Source: Chiloscyllium plagiosum
Taxonomy: Eukaryota
Direction of reading: 5' to 3'
Assembly: GCF_004010195.1 (NCBI RefSeq)
Contig: NC_057756.1
Span: 5,220,348-5,276,862, forward strand
Length of the DNA stretch: 56,515 nt
Part shown: piece after piece, positions 38,690 to 48,749 of the stretch
How the letters are laid out: every line of letters begins with the position of its first letter
Numbering within the stretch: position 1 is the first letter of the stretch
The notes under the pieces: generated by a model
Told to the model about the DNA's origin: nothing
The model's input: the letters and a program-made list of their open reading frames with translations, nothing else
Databases searched by the model: none
Position numbers and translations under genes: made by a program

Positions 38690-39515
38690 CTGGCAGAGGT
38701 TACAGACAGAGGGAGGGATATTGGGGTTGGAGGAAGCTACAGAGATAGGGAGGCATACAGGGCTGGAGGGGGTTAGAGTTAGGGAGGGGTGTAGGGGTTG
38801 GAGGGGGTTAGAGGGTTAGGGAGGGGTGTAGGGGTTGGAGGGGGTTACAGAGATAGGGAGGGGGTGTAGACCCTCTCTGATACGCTCACACATACATTAA
38901 CCACACTCTCTCTTGCACACACACACGCACATAACCCCTGATCCCCCCCACACTCACACCCACATGCACACATACACATATAAGTTTGGGGGGTGAATCT
39001 GTACTTGCAGAATTATATTTTACTTTGCTCAAAAACTGCATAAATCCATGTAAGATTCTGTAAATANNNNNNNNNNNNNNNNNNNNNNNNNNNNNNNNNN
39101 NNNNNNNNNNNNNNNNNNNNNNNNNNNNNNNNNNNNNNNNNNNNNNNNNNNNNNNNNNNNNNNNNNNNNNNNNNNNNNNNNNNNNNNNNNNNNNNNNNNN
39201 NNNNNNNNNNNNNNNNNNNNNNNNNNNNNNNNNNNNNNNNNNNNNNNNNNNNNNNNNNNNNNNNNNNNNNNNNNNNNNNNNNNNNNNNNNNNNNNNNNNN
39301 NNNNNNNNNNNNNNNNNNNNNNNNNNNNNNNNNNNNNNNNNNNNNNNNNNNNNNNNNNNNNNNNNNNNNNNNNNNNNNNNNNNNNNNNNAGAGATAGGGA
39401 GGGGTATAGGGGTTGGAGGGGGTTGCAGAGATAGGGAGGGGGTGTCGGGGCTGGAGGGGGTTACAGAGATAGGGAGGGGTGTAGGGGCTGGAGGGGGTTA
39501 CAGAGATAGGGAGGG
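38690..39515. repeat. ~38-bp G-rich minisatellite interrupted by a Penelope family A fragment (38870-39066) and a gap
   Basis: Unit gggttacagagatagggaggggtgtaggggctggaggg. The insert is the reverse complement of ~5725-5950. Confidence 0.85.
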
Positions 39516-39562
39516 GAAGAGGCCATGGAGGTGTGTTAATGACGAGGTTGGACTGCACTGAC

Positions 39563-40075
39563 CTGGAAACCCAGGCAGCGCCCATAGAAGCAGCCCTTGT
39601 GCATGGAATTGGACTCATGCAGGAAGTCCTCTGAGAGTCCCTTCTCCTCACCAAAGAACAGGTCACCGTGCTTGTTGGCGGTCAGCAGCCTCTGGGCAAA
39701 GTAGACAAGGGCACGGAGCTGGCAGAGGGCAGAGCAGTAGGCCTCGATCTCCATGCAGTTGTGGTTGGTCCTGAAGAAGATGCTGCGCCGGTTGGCGGAG
39801 ATGTAGCGTGACTTGTGGATGATGTGCAGGATGCAGGAGCGCACCACTTTAATGAGGCTGCGGTAGCCGTTGGCCGGAGTCCGCTCGTCAAAGTCAAAGA
39901 TGGGGAAGATCCCGGTGAAGCTCTGCACCAGCGGCTGGAGGTGGCGGCCGTGCTCCTGGATCTGAGAGAAGGCAGTGACAAAGCGGCGGGCTGTCTCCGT
40001 GGGGTTGAGCCTGAAGAAGCGGATGTTGTCCTCGGTGACGGAGTGCAGCAGGAGGAACATGGTCCTTACATCCAT
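39563..40075 (-). CDS. LIPE: Hormone-sensitive lipase, first coding exon (171 codons, MDVRTMF...HKGCFYGRCLGFQ)
   Basis: Translation shows HSL N-terminal motifs (FDFDERTPANGYRSL, SRYISANRRSIFFR, EIEAYCSALCQLRAL, KGCFYGRCLGFQ). ATG at 40075-40073 in ccATGG context. Upstream polypyrimidine tract with TAG/CAG acceptor at 40101-40096. Donor CAG|GTCAGT at 39563/39562, phase 0. Confidence 0.97.
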
Positions 40076-40153
40076 GGATGGAGTGGTCACCGTGGCTGCT
40101 AGACAGAGGAAAAGGAGGGCACGGTGATTACAAATCCACTGACCCACTCAACA

Positions 40154-40745
40154 GTCAGTCACACAGGGACAGCAGGAGGCCATTCGGCCCACACCTGTCA
40201 GTCCGACAGGGACAGCAGGAGGCCATTCGGCCCACACCTGTCATTCACACAGGGACAGCAGGAAGCCATTCGGCCCACACCTGTCAGTCACACAGGGACA
40301 GCAGGAGGCCATTCGGCCCCTACCTGTCAGTCCGACAGGGACAGCAGGAGGCCATTCAGCCCACACCTGTCAGTCCGACAGGGACAGCAGGAGGCCATTC
40401 GGCCCCCACCTGTCAGTCACACAGGGACAGCAGGAGGCCAATCGGCCCACACCTGTCATTCACACAGGGACAGCAGGAGGCCATTCGGCCCACACCTGTC
40501 AGTCACACAGGGACAGCAGGAGGCCATTCGGCCCCCACCTGTCAGTCACACAGGGACAGCAGGAGGCCATTCGGCCCACACCTGTCAGTCACACAGGGAC
40601 AGCAGGAGGCCATTTGGCCTTCACAAGTCAGTCACACAGGGACAGCAGGAGGCCATTCGGCCCCCACCTGTCAGTCACACAGGGACAGCAGGAGGCCATT
40701 CGGCCCCCACCTGTCAGTCACACACTGACAGCAGGAGGCCATTCT
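40154..40745. repeat. 43-bp minisatellite (~14 units) just upstream of the LIPE acceptor
   Basis: Unit cagtcacacagggacagcaggaggccattcggcccacacctgt. Confidence 0.95.
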
Positions 40746-41794
40746 GCCCTCTTGGGCCTGTCTCACAGGGCCAGGAGGAGGCCATTCTGCCCATAGAGAT
40801 GGTCACAGAGGGGCAGGAGGAATCATTCAGCTCCTCAAGCCTGTGAAATAGGAGGGGGAGGAATCTCATTCTACCCCTGAACAGGAACAGGAGGGGGCCT
40901 GCTGTCCAGTTTCTTGGAACTAGATGTTCGAGACTATTCTGCCATTCGGTCAGGCCCTGGCCATTTTGTAAATTAAACCCTCTTCCCCATCCTAGCTGAA
41001 TTGACCTTTTAGCGCTAATGGTGATCTACTGTACCAGCCTCAGCAGACCTTTGGAAAGGGGCAGAATTATGACAACAGGAGCAGTCCTGTGCAAAACAAC
41101 ATCGCCACCAACATTCATCCCACATCATCCCGTTTCAACAAATGAGGAATGCTACAGTGCCTCAAGTAGGACTCTAAGACATTGAAAAAAGAGTTTTCAA
41201 CTGAATGAGTGTGGGTGAAGTGCACTTCTGGTTGTAACTCAGATCGTATATTGCTTCACAGTCACTGGAATGGGATCCTGGAACACCTTGCTAACAGCAC
41301 CGCTGGAGAAACTTGCCCTTTCACAAACTTGCAGGTCTGGCCTCACTGCTGCCTTGATATCATACAAGCTGAACATTACTCATTCCCTTCAAGGGGTATG
41401 AACTGCACCCAATCCATTAAGCATATATTGACCAGCAATCCAGGGACAAAGCCATGGGGTGAGACTTGATCGCGCTTTGAACTGGGTCAGAGGCTCGCAT
41501 CCCACTCCACAGAAAAGACAGCAAGATCTTCACCGACACTCGCACCCAGCAGCAGAATGCAAAACACAGCATGGGGTCAGGGCTAAGGAAGATTCACATT
41601 GTGGGAGAGGTCAGGGATAGGGGAGAGGAGTACTGAGGTAGTGCCACACAGTGGGATGTGTCAGGGTTAAGGGAATGGCGTACTGAGGTAGTGCCACACA
41701 GTGGGATGTGTCAGGGTTAGGGGAATCAGGTTCTGAGCGAGTGCAGTCCTGAAAGAGTGCTACTCAATGGGAGGGGTCAGGAGTGAGGGAAGGC

Positions 41795-42095
41795 CCTGAT
41801 GAGGGAGTGCTGCACTTTTGTAGGTGTTGTCTGTCAGATGAGACACTAAGACAAGGCCTCTCTGTATTCCCAAGTGGGTGTTAAAAATGTCATGGTGTTA
41901 CTGGCAGAACAGCAGGGGAGTTTTCCCTGGAGTCCTGAGGTCAATATTTATCTCCCAACCAAAATCACGAAAACAGACTCTCTTCTCCTGATCACCTGAT
42001 GCTTGTGGGAGCTTGCTGTGCACCAAGTGTTTGCCACATTCCCTGCATTACTACGGAAACGGTACTTTAGAAAGCGCTCAATTGGCTAGAGAGTG
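41795..42095 (+). mobile_element. Deu-domain SINE (SacSINE1/AmnSINE1-like), decayed
   Basis: Recognisable Deu-core blocks: gagggagtgctgcac, cagatgagac, gcaggggagtt..ccctgg.gtcctg, aatatttatc.c.caacc, ttgtgggagcttgctgtgc. Confidence 0.7.
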
Positions 42096-42518
42096 TAGCC
42101 TCAGACTCAAAGGCAAAGAGCAAGCTCTTTGAAGTGTACAACTCCAGACAAAACTTCTTTGCTGCCTCCTTCCAAGTCTTGCTCCCCCTGTTTATTAAAG
42201 ACTCGTTAACATTGTAATTGCAGTGCATTTACTAATTAAGGTTCTGGCTGAATAATTATCGTGATTTATGGCTATCCCAAGGCAGCTGCAGAACCAATAA
42301 TGAGGGAACTTGGGACCAACTAAACCTATTTACTGTGAATTAAACGGCGTCTCGAAACACAGACTGGGATCAGAAACATCGAAAACAAGGAACAGCAGTC
42401 GGCCGTTGGGCCCTTCAAGCCTGCTCCACCATTTAATATGACCATGCTGATCATCCAACTCTGCACCCTGCACCCACATTCACCCCATCTCCTTCGATAC
42501 CTTTCCACCTAAGAACTA

Positions 42519-42677
42519 CAGAGGATCCTCGATTATCTGAAGGATACGGCTGGGGAGTATTTTGTTCGGTTAATCAAAGTCTGGATAATCGAATACCGGA
42601 TAACATAGTTTAGCCAGGCATCGGGACCTTGCAATCTTGCCGGATAATCCGATACTCGGATAATCGAGGTTCCTCTG
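42519..42677. mobile_element. MITE of Tc1-mariner/pogo (Tigger-like) type
   Basis: TIRs CAGAGGATCCTCGATTATCTGA and CAGAGGAACCTCGATTATCCGA (reverse complement). TA on both sides (42517-18, 42678-79). Internal ggataa repeats. Confidence 0.88.
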
Positions 42678-42799
42678 TATATTGAACTCCTTCTTCAAAT
42701 TATTCTACATTTTGGCATTAACACAGTCCTCATTTTTGAACACAGTCCTCATTGATCCAGTCTCGCTTCCTACGTCAGTCCTGCCATCCCAGGAAACAG

Positions 42800-42999
42800 C
42801 GTCGAGAGTGTGGTGCTGGAAAAGCACAGTATCCGAGAAGCAGCAGAATCGACGTTTTCGGGCAGAAGCCCTTCACCAGGGAGGGGTCAGGGTCGAGGGA
42901 GGGCCATGACAAGGGAGTGCTGCCTGACCTGCTGTGCTTTTCCAGCACCGCACTCTCGACTCTGATCGCCAGCATCTGCAGTCCTCACTTTCTCCTAAT
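42800..42999. mobile_element. Fold-back Penelope family B insert with 16-bp TSD
   Basis: TSD ccatcccaggaaacag at 42784-42799 and 43000-43015. Inverted ends gtcgagagtg.ggtgctggaaaagcacag and ctgtgcttttccagcaccgcactctcgac. Confidence 0.85.
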
Positions 43000-43479
43000 C
43001 CATCCCAGGAAACAGTCTGGTAAACTTTCCCTGTACTTCCTCCACAGCCAGAACATCTTCCTCAGATAAGGAGGCCAAAACTGTGCGCACAAAACCCCAG
43101 GCGTGGCCTCACCACTGGCCCCGTCCAATTGCAGCAAGATGTCTCTGTCCTTGGATCCTCTCGCTATGAAGGACAACATACCCTTTTGCCTCGCTGCACC
43201 TTTCCCAATATATTGCCAATATATTGCTTTGGCTCCCAGAGTGGATAAGCTCACATTTATCCACATCTGCCATGCATTTGCCCACTCACTCAGCGTGTCC
43301 AAAGCACACTGCAGCACCTCTGCATCCTCCTCACAGTTCACCCTCCTACCCAACGTTTTGTGTCATGACTCCTCAGATACTGAAGCAGTCCATGTCCAAA
43401 TGCAGCGAGAGCTGGCCAATATCCTGGATCGGGCTGACAAGTGGCAAGTAACATTCACATCACAAAAGGGCCAGGCAGT

Positions 43480-43892
43480 GACAGCATGGTGGCTCAGTGG
43501 TTAGCACTGCTGCCTCATAGCGCCAGGGACCTGGGTTCGATTCCAGTCTCGGGTGACTGTCTGTGTGGAGTTTGCACATTCTCCCAGTGTCTGCTTGGGT
43601 TACCTCTGGTTTCCTCCCACAATCGAAAGATGTGCAGGTTAGGGTGTATTGGCCATGCTAAATTGTCCCATAGTGCCCAGGGATGTGCAGGTTAGGGTGG
43701 ATTGGCCATGCTAAATTGTCCCATAGTGCCCAGGGATGTGCAGGTTAGGGTGGATTGGCTAGGCTAAATTGTTCAGGGATTAGATGCATTAGTCAGGGGT
43801 AAATGTAGTGTAATAGGGGAGGGTAATGGGTCTGGGTGGGTACTCTGTGGAGCGTTAGTGTGGCCTAATTCCACACTCTAGGAATTCTATGA
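43480..43892 (+). mobile_element. HE1-type SINE with 2-3 internal 53-bp units, nested in a CR1 fragment (~43360-44510)
   Basis: A-box tggctcagtggttagc, B-box ggttcgattcc, V-domain core and tail. Confidence 0.9.
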
Positions 43893-45819
43893 TTTTGTTT
43901 CCAACAAGAGAATATCTAACCAATGCCGTTTGACATTCACTGGCATTACCATCACTGAACCCCCCAGTGTCAACATTGACCAGAGACTGACTTGGATGGA
44001 GCCAAATACACACAGCGGCTACAACACTGGGTGGGAGGCTAAGATATCAACGGAGTGTAACTAAACTTCTGACTAAACTGTATCCATGGCAAAGCAGCAC
44101 ATTTGATTGGCACCACACTCACCACCACCAACATAGACTCCCTCCACCACCGATACTGGGTAGAGGCAGTGCAGACCATCGACAATGATGCACTGCAGCA
44201 AGCCCACCAAGGTTCTTTCAGCAGCATCTTTCAAATCTACCGCCTGGAACAACAAGGGAAGCAGGTAGATAGGAACACCACCAAACCACACACCATCCTG
44301 ACTTGGAACGACATCACCTTTCCTTTCACAGTCCTGGGGTCAAAACTGTTCAACTCCTTCCACAAACCACCGTGGGTCGACTATAGCACGTAGGGAGCGG
44401 GGTCCACCTACAGCACGTAGGGAGCGGTGGTGCAAGGACAGCTCACTGCCATCTTCTCAAGGGGCATCTCGGGATGGACATTGTGCCCGTAACCCAGGAA
44501 CGACTGAAAACAAAAATAATTAAATTCAGGAGATATCAGGACTGGTGGGCTAAAGCCTGGTTGATTGATATTAAGAGCATCTCAAAGGAGGAGAGTGAGG
44601 CAGAGATTTAGGAAGGGAATTCCTGAATCTTGGAAGAAGTTCCAGGGATGGATGGATAGGTGTTGGTGTGTGTGTGTTTGTGTGCGTGTGCCTGGTGAGG
44701 CTAACAGAGTGGGACTTATAAACAAGGGCTAAATTCACATGTTCCCGGACAGGGAGTGCAGACCAAACGTGCGGAGGACTTTAACGTGAGTGAAGTTGCG
44801 GCCAATAGAGTTTTGCTTGGGCTGAGGCAGGACACCAAACAGGAGCTGAGCCCTGAGAGGGGTGGAATTGTCCAGGTCAGTGATAGCTGAGACGCACTGA
44901 AAACCTTCAGCAGGAGGTGCAACTTTATGCTGTACACCGCATGAATGGCTCCTTTGTAGTCAGTGGTAAGGTAGTGGTGAGGGTGGACTGGACTGTGAAA
45001 GTGGAGGAGCAGAGGGTCCATCATTTGGCTGCCATTGTCACGCAGTTGCTCATGAAGGGAGGCTCCTGAGACACTGTTGAGTAGCAAGCCAGTAAACAAG
45101 GAACAAGAGCTGTGACTGTACTCGTGACTAATTCATGTTCTGACTCAGCTCCGTGGGTGGACGAAGAGGGAGTGACAGCGGCAGTGAAAGCAATGTGATA
45201 GCTGGTGTCACATCTCCCCACGCGGATTCCTTTCTTCCCTACTGTCGGCTGTGAAGCAAACGCCAATGGATTGCCTCAGCCTTTGCTGCCTGATCACACG
45301 CCTGCCAAGCACCTTTGGACCGGTCTCCACGTAGAAGGGGTGTTAAAGTGATGTAATTTTGTTGTCCTCGATATCCATCATTGACCTGCAAACTCAACAT
45401 AAACAAACAGGAGGAGGAGGTCACACAGCCCCTTGCCTACCCCTGGAGCTTTCTGTACTTTTCAATAATCAGCACAAAAGGTCAAATGGTCCACTTCGGT
45501 TCCTATTCCACACACATATACAGTGTCAAAGCAGTAAACACAGTCGTCAGCTCTCAGCGATGCCCCGTACAAGATTTCTTCGCTCGTGAACACCTTTACA
45601 ATAAAGGCTAACACACTGTTTGACTTTTCAGTCGCTCGCTTTAGCTGCAACTCTTCTGTACTCCCAAGTCTCTCTGAACAGTGACATTCTGAAGTCGGCG
45701 TGCTGCCACAGTGAATCACCTCACACTTTTATATACACCGTTTGGCACTTCCTAGCACCCAATGCGCCCCCCTCATGCCCTTTTCAGATTCCTCGTGTCC
45801 TCATAGAACACCAAGCACA

Positions 45820-46011
45820 GCTACGTCAGAATCCCACTAATTGACTACAGTTCAGCCTTCAACACTATTATCCCCCTGAGACTGATTACTAAACTTGGTG
45901 ATCTCGGACTAAGCCCCATTCTCTGCAACTGGATCCTCAGTTTCCTGACCCACAGGCCACAATCAGCGAAGATTGGGCACAATATTTCACCCTCACTAAC
46001 ACTCAACACTG
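45820..46011 (+). mobile_element. Rex1/Babar-type LINE RT fragment
   Basis: Translates as [47 protein letters not shown]. Second copy at ~55665-55775. Confidence 0.8.
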
Positions 46012-46927
46012 NNNNNNNNNNNNNNNNNNNNNNNNNNNNNNNNNNNNNNNNNNNNNNNNNNNNNNNNNNNNNNNNNNNNNNNNNNNNNNNNNNNNNNNNN
46101 NNNNNNNNNNNNNNNNNNNNNNNNNNNNNNNNNNNNNNNNNNNNNNNNNNNNNNNNNNNNNNNNNNNNNNNNNNNNNNNNNNNNNNNNNNNNNNNNNNNN
46201 NNNNNNNNNNNNNNNNNNNNNNNNNNNNNNNNNNNNNNNNNNNNNNNNNNNNNNNNNNNNNNNNNNNNNNNNNNNNNNNNNNNNNNNNNNNNNNNNNNNN
46301 NNNNNNNNNNNNNNNNNNNNNNNNNNNNNNNNNNNNNNNNNNNNNNNNNNNNNNNNNNNNNNNNNNNNNNNNNNNNNNNNNNNNNNNNNNNNNNNNNNNN
46401 NNNNNNNNNNNNNNNNNNNNNNNNNNNNNNNNNNNNNNNNNNNNNNNNNNNNNNNNNNNNNNNNNNNNNNNNNNNNNNNNNNNNNNNNNNNNNNNNNNNN
46501 NNNNNNNNNNNTGTATAACACTGGGGTACAGTACTGGTGGGCACGGGTCTGTTACTGTGTAACACTGGGGTACAGTACAGGTGGGGACGGGTCTGTCACT
46601 GTGTAACACTGGGGTACAGTATAGGTGGGGACAGGTCTGTCACTGTAACAGGGGTACAGTGCTGGTGGGGGCAGGTCTGTCACTGTACAACACTGGGGTA
46701 CAGTACTGGTGGGGGCAGGTCTGTCCCTGTGTAACACTGGGGTACAGTACTGGTGGGGGCAGGTCTGTCCCTGTGTAACACTGGGGTACAGTACTGGTGG
46801 GGACAGGTCTGTCCCTGTGTAACACTGGGGTACAGCACTGGTGGGGGCAGTTCTGTCACTGTGTAACACTGGGGTACAGTACTGGTGGGGACAGGTCTGT
46901 CACTGTATAACACTGGGGTACAGTACC

Positions 46928-47932
46928 TACACCAGCAACAATCCCAGCACACACAAACGAAGCTGTATCAGAACACTATTCCAACCAGCCATCCACACTG
47001 CAGCACAGACGAACTTCGGAAAACAGAGGAGAACCACCTATAGGACATATTCAAGAAGAACGGATACTCAAAAAAAATACAGTGCGCAGATTCCTCAAGA
47101 ACAAACCACTACAAACAGACCAGACACAGCCAGAAACCTTAACCACCTTACCATACATCAAAGAAGTTTCAGAAATGACAGCCAGACTACTAAGCCCCCT
47201 CAGAATCCGAGTCGCACACAAACCCACCAACACTCTCAAACAAAAACTAACAAACTTAAAAGACCCAGTACATCCCATGGACAACACCAACGTCATCGAC
47301 AAAAATTCCATGCAAGAACTGCCACAAACACTACGTAGGACAAACAGGAAGAAAGTTAGCCAGCAGGATACACGAACACCAGCTAGCCACAAAAAGACAT
47401 GACCCTCTCTCACCCAGTACATCCCATGGACAAAACCAACGTCATCGACAAAATTCCATGCAAGAACTGCCACAAACACTCCGTAGGACAAACAGGAAGA
47501 AAGTTAGCCAGCAGGATACTCGAACACCAGCCAGCCACAAAAAGACACGACCCTCTCTCCCTCGTAGCCCTCCACCCGCATGAAAAAAACCACCATTTTG
47601 ACTGGGACAACACATCTATCCTGGGACAGGCTAAGCAAAGGCACGCCAGAGAATTCCTCGAGGCCTGGCACTCCAACCACAACACCATAAACAAACACCT
47701 AGATCTAGATACCAGCTCTCAACCCCTCAGAAAACGAACAGGAAATGACATCACCACAAACCCCAGGAACCCCATCCAGGACAAACATATAAACAGAAAG
47801 CAGGGGAGAACAGCTTCGCTTCACTTGGAGGTCGCCTCTGATGATGTTACCCAGCCAGGTAATGAAACGTCTGGGCATCAATCCTACAGCTCAGCGAGCA
47901 AAGCTCAACCTGAGCGACAAACCTTCCAAAAA
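46928..47932 (+). mobile_element. Penelope-like retroelement (family C), 5'-truncated: RT C-terminus, GIY-YIG and hammerhead
   Basis: HKRSCIRTLF, TLPYIKEVSEMTARLL, NVIDKIPCKNCHKHxVGQTGRKLASRIxEH and HHFDWDNTSIL...REFLEAWHS. Hammerhead core at 47838-47871. Confidence 0.92.
47838..47871 (+). ncRNA. Minimal hammerhead ribozyme motif (Penelope family C)
   Basis: CTGATGA-T-GTTACC-CAGCCA-GGTAAT-GAAA-CGTC. Stem I pairing is weak in this copy. Confidence 0.7.
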
Positions 47933-48749
47933 AGGTCTGTCACTATATGTCACTGGGATACAGTACCGTCACTGTATGACACAGGGGTACAGTACTGGTG
48001 GGGGTAGGTCTGTCACTGAGTAACACTGGGGTACAGTACAGATGGGGACATGTCTGTCACTGTATAACACTGGGGCACAGTACTTGTGGGAACAGGTCTG
48101 TCACTGTGTAACTCTGGGGCACAGTACTGGTGGGGACAGGTCTGTCACTGTATAACACTGGGGTACAGTACAGGTGGGGACAGGTCTGTCACTGTGTAAC
48201 ACTGGGGTACAGTACAGGTGGGGACAGGTCTGTCTCTGTGTAACATTGGGATACACAGTGCCTGGTTTGTGTCACCTTGTTTAATTCTGCTTTAGTCTAT
48301 CTAAGATTTATCTGCCTGTCTTCCCGCTCCCTTTTGTCCTCGGTGTCACTCTCTTCCCCCTTGTCACTGTAACCTCTCCTGTTTTCTTGTTTGTGCACCA
48401 CCCTCCTCCTCCTCTTGCCTCTGTGCTCTCCCTCTCTGTCCCCTCTGCCTCGGCCTTCCCTCGCCTTCTGTTCCCCCCTCTGTGTTGCTGTTGTGGCTCC
48501 GGGGGTGAGGAGACCTCCTGCTGTTTCCCACATGCCGTCCTCCTGTGGCTGACAAATTGGTCTTTCTCCGTAGTGAACAACACGTCGAGGAAACCCAACA
48601 CAAGAGAGAAACTTCTCCAATCTCCCAGTGAGCAATCTGGTGTCAGTGTGACCACCACACAGAATCCTTGTGGAGACAGAGCCCCACCTTCCCATTGAGA
48701 ATGCCCTTCATCGTGTTGTGTGGCATTTATCACTGTGCTAAATAGGACA

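Larger units (their letters stand above)
42375..43355 (-). mobile_element. CR1-clade LINE 3' fragment hosting two younger insertions
   Basis: VNCEEDAEVLQCALDTLSEWANAWQM and CAQFWPPYLRK remnants. Confidence 0.8.
46512..48255. repeat. 44-bp minisatellite split by a Penelope insertion
   Basis: Unit gtaacactggggtacagtactggtggggacaggtctgtcactgt at 46512-46927 and 47933-48255. Confidence 0.93.

Noticed and set aside
39536..40147. The full 203-aa ORF as a single-exon protein
   Set aside because: Most of the first 24 and all of the last 8 residues are read-through across splice sites. HSL similarity covers only 40075-39563.
40078..40846. 216-aa and 240-aa repetitive ORFs
   Set aside because: Translations of the 43-bp minisatellite.
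43485..43555. tRNA gene-like A/B boxes (also ~20620 and ~53175)
   Set aside because: These are tRNA-derived SINE heads continuing into SINE core sequence, not stand-alone tRNA genes.
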